DNA of 64,000 nucleotides from an uncultured Chitinophagaceae bacterium (GCA_964371615.1 CAYJMS010000001.1:688436-752435); one strand, 5' to 3'; shown: positions 1 through 9,234, counted from the first letter of the stretch. Translations and numbers: made by a program. The notes: generated by a model from the letters alone, not told the origin.

Positions 1-205
1 AGTTACACCGTACTAAATCCAATCCGTTTTTTCAGAAAGTTAATAAAAGGTTCGTTTTTAACGGAATCTCTGCAAAACAGAGAGAGAAGGACGTTTTTTC
101 TTTTTTTCACGACAACGAGTCTTTTTAGTACTATCATCGAAACAATACAAATTTATATATACATTTTTCAATCATCGCACTCAAATTACAGGAGAGCAGC
201 ATTCA

Positions 206-2941
206 ATGAGTGAAACCAAAGTAGCCACGCCCAACACCGTTGTCCGGGAGCACACCGGAAAGAGCGGTCTTGTCTTCAAACGATATTTCACACGAGAAGG
301 TGTGCATCCCTTCGATGATATCGAATGGGAATTACGCACCGCAGTGATCAGCAATGAAAAAGGGGAGAAAATATTCGAACAAAAGGACGTGGAAATTCCG
401 AAATCGTGGTCTATGACGGCAACGAATGTGGTGGTGTCGAAATATTTCCACGGTCAGCTCGGCACACCGGAGCGCGAACAGAGCGTCCGGCAGATTGTCG
501 ATCGGGTGGCAAAATCGACGGTGAACTGGGGACGTGCAATGAAATATTTTGCCTCCGAACAGGATGCAGAAACCTTCTATAATGAATTGTGTTACATTCT
601 GGTCAATCAATACATGGCGTTCAACAGCCCGGTGTGGTTCAACGTCGGTGTTGAGGAGAAACCGCAATGTTCGGCTTGCTTCATCAATTCCGTCCAGGAT
701 TCGATGGAATCGATTTTAGGACTTGCACGCACCGAAGGTATGCTCTTTAAATGGGGATCCGGTACAGGCTCCAATCTCTCCACGCTTCGTTCCTCCAAAG
801 AGGCGCTCGCCGGAGGAGGCACGGCATCCGGACCGGTCTCGTTCATGAAGGGATACGATGCGTTTGCCGGCGTGATCAAATCGGGAGGCAAAACCCGACG
901 CGCCGCCAAGATGGTCATTCTGAATACCGATCATCCCGACATCGTAGATTTCATCAACTGTAAAGCGGTGGAAGAGAAGAAGGCGTGGGCATTGATCGAT
1001 GCGGGATATAACGGCGGATTCAACGTTCCCGGCGGAGCGTACGATTCTGTCTCGTATCAGAATGCGAATCATTCCGTTCGTGTGACCGATGATTTCATGA
1101 AAGCGGCGCTTGAAGATAAAGAATGGACGACCAAAGCGGTGAAGAACGGCAAACCGGTCGAGACCTACCGTGCGCGCGATCTGATGCGTCAAATCTCCGA
1201 AGCGGCATGGATCTGCGGAGATCCCGGTATGCAATTCGACACAACCATCAACGCATGGCATACGTCGTCGAACACTGCCCGTATCAATGCATCGAATCCG
1301 TGCAGTGAATATATGTACCTGGATGATTCTGCCTGTAACCTTGCATCGTTGAACGTCATGAAATTCCGTACGGAAGACGGTGAATTCGACGTTGAGGCAT
1401 TTAAGTACGCCGTTGACATTACGATCACTGCACAGGAAATCTTTGTCGACAACGCTAGTTACCCGACACCCGCTATCGAAAAAAACAGCCACGACTACCG
1501 TCCTCTCGGCCTTGGCTACGCGAACCTCGGTGCATTATTGATGGCACGCGGCCTTGCGTATGACAGCGATTCCGGAAGGGAATATGCTGCCGCGGTGACG
1601 TCGTTGATGTGCGGTGAAGCATATGCACAGTCGGCCCGTATTTCGGAGCATACCGGTCCGTTTAAGGGATTTGCAGTGAACCGTGAACCGATGCTGAATG
1701 TGATGAATAAGCACAGCATCCATGCCGACAGAATCAGCAAAGATTATGTCCCGGCGGAATTGTGGGATGCATCCAGCCAATCATGGAAGGAAGCGATCGA
1801 ACTCGGGAAGCAGTACGGTTACCGGAACGGACAGGCGACCGTGTTGGCACCGACCGGCACCATCGGTTTTATGATGGATTGTGATACCACCGGCGTTGAG
1901 CCGGACATTGCATTGGTGAAATATAAAAAATTGGTCGGCGGCGGTTTGATGAAGATCGTGAACAATACTGTTCCCGAAGCGTTGCAGAAATTGGGGTATG
2001 ACAGCGAAGCAATCGAGCATATCGTTTCGTTTATCGACAAGAACGATACGATCGAAGGTGCCCCGTTTTTGAAAGAAGAACACCTCTCCGTGTTCGACTG
2101 CGCGTTCAAACCTGCAAAGGGGAAACGCTCCATTCAATATATGGGTCATATCAAAATGATGGGTGCCACGCAGCCGTTCCTGTCCGGCGCCATCTCTAAA
2201 ACAGTGAACATGCCGAACGAGGTATCGCCGGACGACATCATGCAGGCGTACATCGAATCGTGGAAACTCGGTCTGAAAGCCGTTGCCGTGTATCGTGACG
2301 GATGCAAACGCACACAGCCATTATCCACCTCTATGGATAGCGGTAAAAAGGATGAGAAAAAGACGGAATCCCGTCCCGCACGACGCCGCTTACCGGCGGA
2401 GCGCGCTGCCTACACGCACAAGTTCAGCATTGCCGGCCATGAAGGCTATATCACTGCCGGTATGTATGAGGACGGTATGCCGGGAGAGGTATTCATTACG
2501 ATGTCGAAGGAAGGGTCCACGCTCAGCGGTATGATGGATGCGTTTGCGACATCAATCTCCATTGCATTGCAGTACGGCGTTCCGCTGAAAGTGCTGGTCG
2601 ATAAATTCAGTCACATGCGGTTCGAACCCTCCGGCTTTACGCAGAATCCCGAGATTCCGATTGCAAAATCGATCTGCGATTACATCTTCCGCTGGCTCAG
2701 TATCAAGTTTTTGGACAAAGCCGAACAGCCGGTCAGCGTCGTCTCTGAAACGCCGGCGCTCGAATCGGTGAAGGATGAAGCACGCACGGCGGAAACATTT
2801 GCAGCAGCAGAGCGGGGCGAGAAATATGTTTTCCAGACGCAGGCCGACGCACCTCCGTGTCATGAGTGCGGCAGTTTGATGATTCGTTCCGGTGCATGCT
2901 ACAAATGCACGCAATGCGGAAGTACTTCGGGTTGTTCTTGA
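206..2941 (+). CDS. nrdJ: Class II (adenosylcobalamin-dependent) ribonucleotide reductase, monomeric NrdJ type with C-terminal Cys-rich zinc-ribbon tail
   Basis: 911 aa ORF. RNR barrel motifs (NPCSEYM, active-site region) are present. C-terminal tail CHECG...CYKCTQCG is typical of NrdJ. RBS-like AGGAGAG lies upstream. Confidence 0.93.
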   Translation: MSETKVATPNTVVREHTGKSGLVFKRYFTREGVHPFDDIEWELRTAVISNEKGEKIFEQKDVEIPKSWSMTATNVVVSKYFHGQLGTPEREQSVRQIVDRVAKSTVNWGRAMKYFASEQDAETFYNELCYILVNQYMAFNSPVWFNVGVEEKPQCSACFINSVQDSMESILGLARTEGMLFKWGSGTGSNLSTLRSSKEALAGGGTASGPVSFMKGYDAFAGVIKSGGKTRRAAKMVILNTDHPDIVDFINCKAVEEKKAWALIDAGYNGGFNVPGGAYDSVSYQNANHSVRVTDDFMKAALEDKEWTTKAVKNGKPVETYRARDLMRQISEAAWICGDPGMQFDTTINAWHTSSNTARINASNPCSEYMYLDDSACNLASLNVMKFRTEDGEFDVEAFKYAVDITITAQEIFVDNASYPTPAIEKNSHDYRPLGLGYANLGALLMARGLAYDSDSGREYAAAVTSLMCGEAYAQSARISEHTGPFKGFAVNREPMLNVMNKHSIHADRISKDYVPAELWDASSQSWKEAIELGKQYGYRNGQATVLAPTGTIGFMMDCDTTGVEPDIALVKYKKLVGGGLMKIVNNTVPEALQKLGYDSEAIEHIVSFIDKNDTIEGAPFLKEEHLSVFDCAFKPAKGKRSIQYMGHIKMMGATQPFLSGAISKTVNMPNEVSPDDIMQAYIESWKLGLKAVAVYRDGCKRTQPLSTSMDSGKKDEKKTESRPARRRLPAERAAYTHKFSIAGHEGYITAGMYEDGMPGEVFITMSKEGSTLSGMMDAFATSISIALQYGVPLKVLVDKFSHMRFEPSGFTQNPEIPIAKSICDYIFRWLSIKFLDKAEQPVSVVSETPALESVKDEARTAETFAAAERGEKYVFQTQADAPPCHECGSLMIRSGACYKCTQCGSTSGCS

Positions 2942-3044
2942 TACGCTGACATCCCGCTTATTATTTTGGCAGGGCGGATCTACGAGTGAATGTCACTGAT
3001 ATCTGCGCCTTCGCCGAAACGAAATCACATACAAAGCATCATAA

Positions 3045-3104
3045 AAACGCCGAGACAGACCTGACGATGCGGTTGGGGATTGTTCTCGGCGTTTTCAGTT
3101 TTTA
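3045..3104 (+). terminator. Rho-independent terminator after nrdJ (long-loop hairpin AACGCCGAGA...TCTCGGCGTT followed by TTTCAGTTTTT)
   Basis: Inverted repeat plus T-run read directly; sits about 100 nt after the nrdJ stop. Confidence 0.5.
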
Positions 3105-3164
3105 GATCTCTCTTGTTCTCTCTTAGAAAAAGCTTATATTTGCATAAACGTAAAGGAGACAAAA

Positions 3165-4190
3165 ATGTCTTTTATTGAAGTTACTTCTCCCCAGTTCGAA
3201 GTGGTGAAAAGCATGGAATCTTTTGTGGCGCAAAATCTTTCCACGCTGTTAAAATCGGTAGATGAGAACTGGCAGCCGACTGATCTTTTACCGGATATGA
3301 CCGCCGATGATTGGCGGGAACAGATCACGGAATTCCGGCGACGGGCAAAATCGTTGGCCGATGAAGTACTGGTGGTGCTTGTGGGGGATATGGTGACGGA
3401 AGAAGCGCTTCCAAGCTATCAGACTTGGTTGAACCGGTTCGGCGGAATCAACGATCCGACAGGAGACAGCGACGGCGCATGGGCGCGGTGGAGCAGAGGG
3501 TGGACATCAGAAGAGAATCGCCACGGCGATCTACTCAATAAATACCTCTATCTTACCGGAAGAGTAGACATGCGCTCAGTGGAAACAACGGTGCAGCATC
3601 TCATCAACAGCGGATTTAATACAAATTCCGGAAATGACCCGTATCTCGGATTCATTTACACATCATTTCAGGAACGGGCAACAAAGATCTCTCACCGAAA
3701 CGTGGGAATACTGGCAAAAAAATGCGGCGACGAACATCTTCACAAAATTTGCGGATTGATCGCCGGCGATGAAGCGCGTCACGAAAAAGCCTACAAATTG
3801 TTCATGTCGAAGGTGTTCGAGATCGATCCGAAAAACGCCGTTACGGCCTTTGCACAGATGATGAAGAACAAGGTTACGATGCCCGCAAGCCTCATGACGG
3901 ACGGCAAGGATGTCAACCTATTTTCAAAATTCTCCAATGTGGCGCAACGGATCGGTGTGTATACCGCAAATGATTATGCGTCCATCATCGCTGCTTTGGT
4001 TGATGAATGGAAAGTGGAATCATTAACCGGACTTTCCGATGCTTCCCAAAAAGCCCAGGATTATTTATGCACTTTGGCGGTCAGATACGAACGACTCGCA
4101 GACAGGTTGAAAATTACCGGAAATGCGAGATTCAGCTGGATTTTTGACCGGGAAATCGTACTGGATACTCCAAAAATATCAATGGTGTAA
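3165..4190 (+). CDS. Soluble acyl-ACP desaturase (stearoyl-ACP delta-9 desaturase family, di-iron)
   Basis: 341 aa. Two di-iron carboxylate motifs EENRHG and DEARHE are present. Overall similarity to plant and mycobacterial DesA-type acyl-ACP desaturases, from memory. Confidence 0.88.
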   Translation: MSFIEVTSPQFEVVKSMESFVAQNLSTLLKSVDENWQPTDLLPDMTADDWREQITEFRRRAKSLADEVLVVLVGDMVTEEALPSYQTWLNRFGGINDPTGDSDGAWARWSRGWTSEENRHGDLLNKYLYLTGRVDMRSVETTVQHLINSGFNTNSGNDPYLGFIYTSFQERATKISHRNVGILAKKCGDEHLHKICGLIAGDEARHEKAYKLFMSKVFEIDPKNAVTAFAQMMKNKVTMPASLMTDGKDVNLFSKFSNVAQRIGVYTANDYASIIAALVDEWKVESLTGLSDASQKAQDYLCTLAVRYERLADRLKITGNARFSWIFDREIVLDTPKISMV

Positions 4191-4475
4191 TTGTTTACTC
4201 TACCAACGACCGTTGACGATATACCCTCGACGGTCATCGACATCGTTCGGGGCGACATCACGAAGATCGACGTAGATGCTGTTGTGAATGCCGCCAATAC
4301 CACATTGCTCGGCGGTGTGTACGGATATCCGCTTGCCGATGCGGCAGGTATCGCCGTCCGAACGGTAAAGGAATTTCTGCTTCAAAAAACGTCGGTCCGC
4401 ACAATCCATTTTGTCTGTTTCGATGACGATGCCGAAGACGCCTACCGGACAGCCTTCCGGTTATTCGGTGTGTAA
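4191..4475 (+). pseudogene. Macro-domain (Appr-1''-p / YmdB-like) gene remnant with an in-frame internal deletion of the catalytic core
   Basis: 94 aa ORF starting at TTG directly after the desaturase stop. N-terminal GDITKIDVDAVVNAANTTLLGG joins directly to VYGYPLADAAGIAVRTVKEF...HFVCFDDD. In E. coli YmdB about 80 residues (GGGVDGAIH...STG) separate these two blocks. Confidence 0.6.
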
Positions 4476-4561
4476 TGAGATTTTATCTGCTACTATTGAA
4501 TGAGTGATACCTTCTCCGGAAATTACAATTCATATACTATTCATACGAAAGCGAACGGACA

Positions 4562-5098
4562 ATGAAGAATCGGAAAGTACTTCTGTATATCGCCATGAGC
4601 CTCGACGGATATATCGCCCGGCCGGACGGCGATATCGATTGGCTTTCATCGGTGCAGCGTGAAGGAGAAGATTACGGATACGGTGATTTCATTAACACCG
4701 TTGATACGGTTATCATCGGCAGAAAAACATACGACAAAGTGCTGTCGTTCGGTGTTCCGTTCCCGCATTCCGATAAAGAATGTTATATTATTACCAGAAG
4801 CGAGCGGCCGCCGATCGGGAAAATAATATTTTACACAAATAATCTTAAAGATCTCGTTGCCTCTCTCAAAGGCAAACAGGGAGGGAATATATTTGTGGAC
4901 GGTGGAGCGGAAATCGTCAACACAATGATGAAGCACGGGCTTTTTGACGAATATATTATTTCCATCATCCCCGTATTTCTTGGAAACGGAATACGCTTGT
5001 TTAACGATGCCCGGCCGGAGGAGTCTGTCACTCTTGTGTCTGCCGTGAGTTTCGATTCAGGATTAGTCCAACTCCATTATAGAAAGAACAATGAATAA
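4562..5098 (+). CDS. RibD C-terminal domain / dihydrofolate reductase-like family protein
   Basis: 178 aa with LYIAMSLDGYIARPDGDIDWL and VDGGAEIVNTMMKHGLFDE motifs of the RibD_C/DHFR-like family. Confidence 0.7.
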   Translation: MKNRKVLLYIAMSLDGYIARPDGDIDWLSSVQREGEDYGYGDFINTVDTVIIGRKTYDKVLSFGVPFPHSDKECYIITRSERPPIGKIIFYTNNLKDLVASLKGKQGGNIFVDGGAEIVNTMMKHGLFDEYIISIIPVFLGNGIRLFNDARPEESVTLVSAVSFDSGLVQLHYRKNNE

Positions 5099-5486
5099 GA
5101 AACCGACCGTTGAACAATTTCTCAGCAAGCATCCGCCGGAGATCCGCGTTATTGCTGAAAAACTCCGTACGCTGATATGTGCAACGATTCCGGTACATAT
5201 CGAAGCGGTGTATCCGGGGTGGGGACTAATCGGGTATCGTGTGATCAACGACCGGAAGAGCAAATATTTTGCGTTTATCGCCCCGGGTGCCGAGGGTGTT
5301 AAACTGGGATTTGAGTTCGGCATATTGCTGCCCGATCCGAGCAAAATATTGAAGGGGAACGGAAAACAGGTGAGATATATATTCATCTCCAGACAGAGCG
5401 AAATTAAAAAAAGGATCATTGGGCCGTTGATCTGGGAAGCAGCAATGGTTGCAGTTCATCATACTCACAAGAAGGTGAAAAAATGA
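5091..5486 (+). CDS. DUF1801 (YdhG-like) domain protein
   Basis: 131 aa. Overlaps its neighbours by 8 and 4 nt, so it is translationally coupled within the same operon as tag. Confidence 0.55.
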   Translation: MNKKPTVEQFLSKHPPEIRVIAEKLRTLICATIPVHIEAVYPGWGLIGYRVINDRKSKYFAFIAPGAEGVKLGFEFGILLPDPSKILKGNGKQVRYIFISRQSEIKKRIIGPLIWEAAMVAVHHTHKKVKK

Positions 5487-6070
5487 AATACCGCTGTGCC
5501 TGGTGCGGATCCGACCCGCTCTATACACTGTATCATGACACTGAATGGGGCGTGCCGCTCCATGATGACAGGAAATTGTTCGAAATGCTCATCCTTGAAG
5601 GAGCGCAGGCAGGATTGAGTTGGATCACCATTCTACGGAAGCGGGACGAATACCGAAGGGCTTTCGACCGTTTCGATCCGAAAAAGATCATTCGCTTTGA
5701 TAAGAAAAAAGTAAATGCACTGATGAGAAATCCGGGAATTGTCCGGAACCGGTTGAAAATTGAGTCTGTTAAAAAAAATGCCGCCGCGTTCTTGACGGTA
5801 CAGAAGGAGTTCGGCAGTTTTGATGCGTATATCTGGCAATTTGTGAATGGAAATCCCATTGTCAACTCACGTCGGTCGCTCAAGGATATTCCGTCCGCTA
5901 CCCCGGAATCGGATGCCATGAGCAAGGATATGAAAAAGCGGGGATTTACCTTCGCTGGATCGACGATCTGTTATGCCTTTATGCAGGCATGCGGCATGGT
6001 CAACGATCACGAGACACGTTGTTTCCGTTATCGTTCCGTGAATCGAAAAAAGAGATCCGGTCTATTGTGA
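5483..6070 (+). CDS. tag: DNA-3-methyladenine glycosylase I
   Basis: 195 aa. CAWCGSDPLYTLYHDTEWGVP and FAGSTICYAFMQACGMVNDH are near-identical to E. coli Tag motifs. Confidence 0.9.
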   Translation: MKYRCAWCGSDPLYTLYHDTEWGVPLHDDRKLFEMLILEGAQAGLSWITILRKRDEYRRAFDRFDPKKIIRFDKKKVNALMRNPGIVRNRLKIESVKKNAAAFLTVQKEFGSFDAYIWQFVNGNPIVNSRRSLKDIPSATPESDAMSKDMKKRGFTFAGSTICYAFMQACGMVNDHETRCFRYRSVNRKKRSGLL

Positions 6071-6110
6071 CGGCGAATGAAGGGATTGGAATAACGGATG
6101 AATAAATTTG

Positions 6111-6139
6111 TTGACATGACTTGTAAATATTGTTACTAT
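6111..6139 (+). promoter_or_regulatory. Sigma70-type promoter: TTGACA, 17 bp spacer, TACTAT, driving the stand-alone receiver gene
   Basis: TTGACA at 6111-6116 and TACTAT at 6134-6139. RBS AAGGAAA at 6143-6149 and ATG at 6160. Confidence 0.5.
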
Positions 6140-6159
6140 TTACAAGGAAACCTCTCACT

Positions 6160-6537
6160 ATGGATGACATAAAAACAGTTCTTATTGTTGACGATTCTGA
6201 AACGAATCGGTTGCTTCTCGGAGCAATCTTGTCCAAGTACAGTCTTCGGATTCTTTATGCCGAAGACGGTGATGAGGCAGTACAAAAATTTTACGAAAGC
6301 CAGCCCGCCATTGTTTTTATCGACCACATCATGCCGAAGCAAAACGGTGCCGATGCTTTATTCGAGATGAAACACAGTAATCCGAATTTCATCGGCGTGT
6401 TGATCTCTGCACTCGCCACACCGGATGACATTAAAAGGATCTTCGATCTTTCCGGAGCAGAGGAGTTTATTCAACGCCCGTTTCAGTCCATAGTAATCAC
6501 CGAAATTCTGAAAAAATATCACATTATCGAAGGATGA
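6160..6537 (+). CDS. Stand-alone CheY-like receiver domain protein (atypical: Arg in place of the conserved Lys109-equivalent)
   Basis: MDDIKTVLIVDDSE..FIDHIMP..LISA..IQRPF. The DD, D and S positions are conserved. The usual K-P motif reads R-P. Confidence 0.75.
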   Translation: MDDIKTVLIVDDSETNRLLLGAILSKYSLRILYAEDGDEAVQKFYESQPAIVFIDHIMPKQNGADALFEMKHSNPNFIGVLISALATPDDIKRIFDLSGAEEFIQRPFQSIVITEILKKYHIIEG

Positions 6538-6554
6538 TCAGCGCATATTTTGGC

Positions 6555-6590
6555 AATAAAAAAGGACGCCATGGGCGTCCTTTTTTTGTT
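6555..6590. terminator. Bidirectional rho-independent terminator (GGACGCC-ATG-GGCGTCC flanked by an A-run and a T-run) between convergent genes
   Basis: Perfect 7-bp stem, 3-nt loop, AAAAAA upstream and TTTTTTT downstream. Confidence 0.7.
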
Positions 6591-6609
6591 TATGCATGAA
6601 ACCGATATT

Positions 6610-8304
6610 TCAACCCAGGACCCGAAGATATTCATCCAGCGAAATCACTCCCGCCATCAATTTTTTCGCCGCATCCATCCGGATCGATTCGAATCCTTTT
6701 CGATTCGCTGCTTCGCGCAGACGCACCGGGGACGCTTGATTATAGATCAGGTCTTTTATCTCTTCATCGATCGGCAGCACTTCATGAATCGCGATCCGTC
6801 CCAGATGCCCGTCTCCGCCGCAGTTTTCGCATCCCTTTCCCTTAAACAACGTAATGGCCTCACCCAACTGGCTTAATCCGGCATCGTGCAGATCATGCTC
6901 GGTCGGTTTGTACTGAACTTTGCAATATTTGCATATCCGTCGGGCAAGTTGCTGGTAAATGACTCCGTTTAAAATCGGTGCGAGCCATGATGGGGGGATG
7001 TCGAAGTTGACCAGACGGGGAATGACAGACAGAGCATCGCTGGCCAGTACAGTGCTCAGTACCATATTTCCGGTCAATGCCGCTTCCGCTGCGGCGCGTC
7101 CGGCGGCAGGTTCGTGGATGCTGCCGAGAAAGACCACATCGGGATGCTGACGCAGCACCGCTCTCATCGATGTTGCATAATCCATTTTCTGATCAGGATC
7201 GATTTCCACCTGACTGGCAAAATTCAACCTGAATTCGACCGGATTTTCGATTGTCATGATGCTCTTTTGATCCTCGCGAAGACTGTCCAGGCATGCATAC
7301 GCTGTGGTGCTGACACCGGAACCGGACGGACCGGCGATCATTAAGAGTCCGCGGGGCCGGGTCAACAAATGGCGGACATGATTGAGATTCTCGCCGGAAA
7401 ACCCGATCTCCTTCAGATCGCGAATTCCCTGTCCCTTTCGAATGATGCGAATAGCATATCGTTCTCCCTCCATGGTCGGCAGTGTATTCACGCGGAAGTC
7501 GAAAAGAAAATTTCCGTATTGCGACGAGTACCGGCCGTCCTGGGCTTTCTTTTTGTCAAACAGTTTCAAACTGCCGCGTGTGCGGAGAACGTTACAGACG
7601 GTCTCCGTCATTTCTTTTGGAAGCGACAAATAGTGGTTCAATACGCCGTCGATATTGAGTCGCACCCTCAATTCGGTCTCCATCGGTTCCAAGTAGATGT
7701 CCGTCGCACCGAGCTTGATAGCCCGCATGACCAGTTCATCAACGATGAGATCGACATTCGGCAGTTTCCCGGAATTAAATATCTCATACACTTTTTCCTT
7801 CGGCCGGGATTTCAGGTCGATCGTCTCCAGGGGGAATTTTGACTGCAGAATTTGGTATTCATTTAGTTTTTTATCGACGCCCAGATTCAATACGGACAGT
7901 AAGGCCGATCGTTTTGCTGTTACCGGTACGATGAACGCCTTTGTTTCGTTCCGCATCGCTTCAACGATTTCTTTATACGGAGGCGACGTGAAGACAACGG
8001 TCAATTCAATACCGCTGCGGATGATCGGAAGAGCATTAAATTTTTTCAGGAACGAATCTTTGATCTGTTTGTCGGTCAATGATACCATCGATTCGGTCAG
8101 ATTCAGGAAGGGGATGTTGAAATCTTCCGAAATCGCTTCCGCCACAAGATCCTCACTCACGCCAAGCGAATCGATCAGCACGTCGGCAGTGAATTTATGT
8201 TCCGCACCTCCCATCATACGTTGGAATTTTTCGATACGTACTTTGTCAAGGTGTCCTTTCGCCATCAGGTGCCGAACAAGACGGATATCTTCTTCTTTAA
8301 TCAT
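6610..8304 (-). CDS. GspE/PilB-family secretion ATPase homolog with degenerate catalytic motifs (predicted pseudo-ATPase); N-terminal T2SSE_N-like domain, C-terminal tetracysteine zinc motif retained
   Basis: 564 aa. Walker A reads GPSGSGVST (Lys to Val, checked against the DNA). The Asp box reads TIENPVEF (Asp to Asn). Walker B reads DVVFLGSIHE instead of DVVMVGEIRD, so the catalytic Glu is Ser. The His box reads ALTGNMVLSTVLAS, so both His are lost. The CKYC...CENCGG zinc motif is intact. Confidence 0.85.
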   Translation of the reverse strand: MIKEEDIRLVRHLMAKGHLDKVRIEKFQRMMGGAEHKFTADVLIDSLGVSEDLVAEAISEDFNIPFLNLTESMVSLTDKQIKDSFLKKFNALPIIRSGIELTVVFTSPPYKEIVEAMRNETKAFIVPVTAKRSALLSVLNLGVDKKLNEYQILQSKFPLETIDLKSRPKEKVYEIFNSGKLPNVDLIVDELVMRAIKLGATDIYLEPMETELRVRLNIDGVLNHYLSLPKEMTETVCNVLRTRGSLKLFDKKKAQDGRYSSQYGNFLFDFRVNTLPTMEGERYAIRIIRKGQGIRDLKEIGFSGENLNHVRHLLTRPRGLLMIAGPSGSGVSTTAYACLDSLREDQKSIMTIENPVEFRLNFASQVEIDPDQKMDYATSMRAVLRQHPDVVFLGSIHEPAAGRAAAEAALTGNMVLSTVLASDALSVIPRLVNFDIPPSWLAPILNGVIYQQLARRICKYCKVQYKPTEHDLHDAGLSQLGEAITLFKGKGCENCGGDGHLGRIAIHEVLPIDEEIKDLIYNQASPVRLREAANRKGFESIRMDAAKKLMAGVISLDEYLRVLG

Positions 8305-8309
8305 AGGGA

Positions 8310-8546
8310 TTACCCGAACAGTTTATCGATGTCGCTCTGGCTGACAGTAGTATTTTTTTCGTCGCCGGAGACCGCTTTGCGGTTAATCTCCAACAGCAAT
8401 TTCAGTTCCTGATCGGAAAAGATGCCTGCGGGAGTGAAGTGCGCAGAAGGATTGTGAACATCCGTTTGATGAGAAATGAGGCCGCCGCAGTTGCTGCAAT
8501 ATGCTCCGGAGGGGATAATGTCGGATTTACAATGGGGACAGATCAT
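8310..8546 (-). CDS. Small zinc-ribbon protein (C-x2-C-x11-C-x2-C) of unknown function, coupled between the receiver and the GspE-like gene
   Basis: 78 aa, MICPHCKSDIIPSGAYCSNCGG. Overlaps the upstream receiver gene by 4 nt and ends 5 nt before the GspE-like start. Confidence 0.5.
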   Translation of the reverse strand: MICPHCKSDIIPSGAYCSNCGGLISHQTDVHNPSAHFTPAGIFSDQELKLLLEINRKAVSGDEKNTTVSQSDIDKLFG

Positions 8547-8932
8547 GACTGGAGGCCCTCCACTTGCAGCAATTGCCGAATTAAATCGATGACTTTGGCA
8601 GTTGAATACGGCTTTACTAAATAGTAACTGGCGCCAAGTTGTTTGGCTTCTTGCACTACTTCTATACTAGACACGGCAGAGATCATGACCACAATTGCAT
8701 CAGGTTTTACGGCTCGAATTTTTTTCAACGCGTCCATGCCGGAGAGTTTCGGCATCATATTGTCCATAAATACTATAGAGGGATTGATTTTGCCGAACAA
8801 TTCTACACCTTCTTCTCCGTTTGCGGCAAAATGGATGTGTTGTATACCCGATTTTTTTAACGACATCGCAAATAGTGCCCGAATATGTTCCGAGTCGTCC
8901 ACGACCAATACGGAAATTTCTTCTTTTGTCAT
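8543..8932 (-). CDS. Stand-alone CheY-like response regulator receiver domain
   Basis: 129 aa with canonical VDD, FMDNMMP, ISAV and VKPY receiver residues. First gene of a 3-gene minus-strand operon. Confidence 0.8.
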   Translation of the reverse strand: MTKEEISVLVVDDSEHIRALFAMSLKKSGIQHIHFAANGEEGVELFGKINPSIVFMDNMMPKLSGMDALKKIRAVKPDAIVVMISAVSSIEVVQEAKQLGASYYLVKPYSTAKVIDLIRQLLQVEGLQS

Positions 8933-9234
8933 GACGTCATTTTTCTTTGGTTGTAAGAAGGATTCGATGCTCTCATTAGTCAGTCCAACAGTATAGAGGA
9001 CTTGTCTCCACTCTTAATTTCGGTGCCATCGACCGGTACAACGTAAAGGCGAGACCGCAACACCCATGAGATTATCCTGCTTTAGTTCAACTTATGGTAA
9101 TAAGATTTGAAACCGAATGCAAACGGGAGGAACGATGAAGATTCCTGCTATTTCGAATACGGCATTGGCATTGAAAATTGCCTTAATTTTCCGCCATTTC
9201 TTGAAACTATCAAAAAAATTACGCATTTTGATGC

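Noticed and set aside
100-205. AT-rich element ACAAATTTATATATACATTT upstream of nrdJ examined as a possible NrdR box pair
   Set aside because: Does not fit the 16-bp NrdR palindrome (acaCwAtATaTwGtgt) at more than about half the positions and no second box at the expected spacing; probably just the promoter -10 region.
716-1492. 258-aa ORF on the minus strand inside nrdJ
   Set aside because: Antisense to a highly conserved RNR region; shadow ORF.
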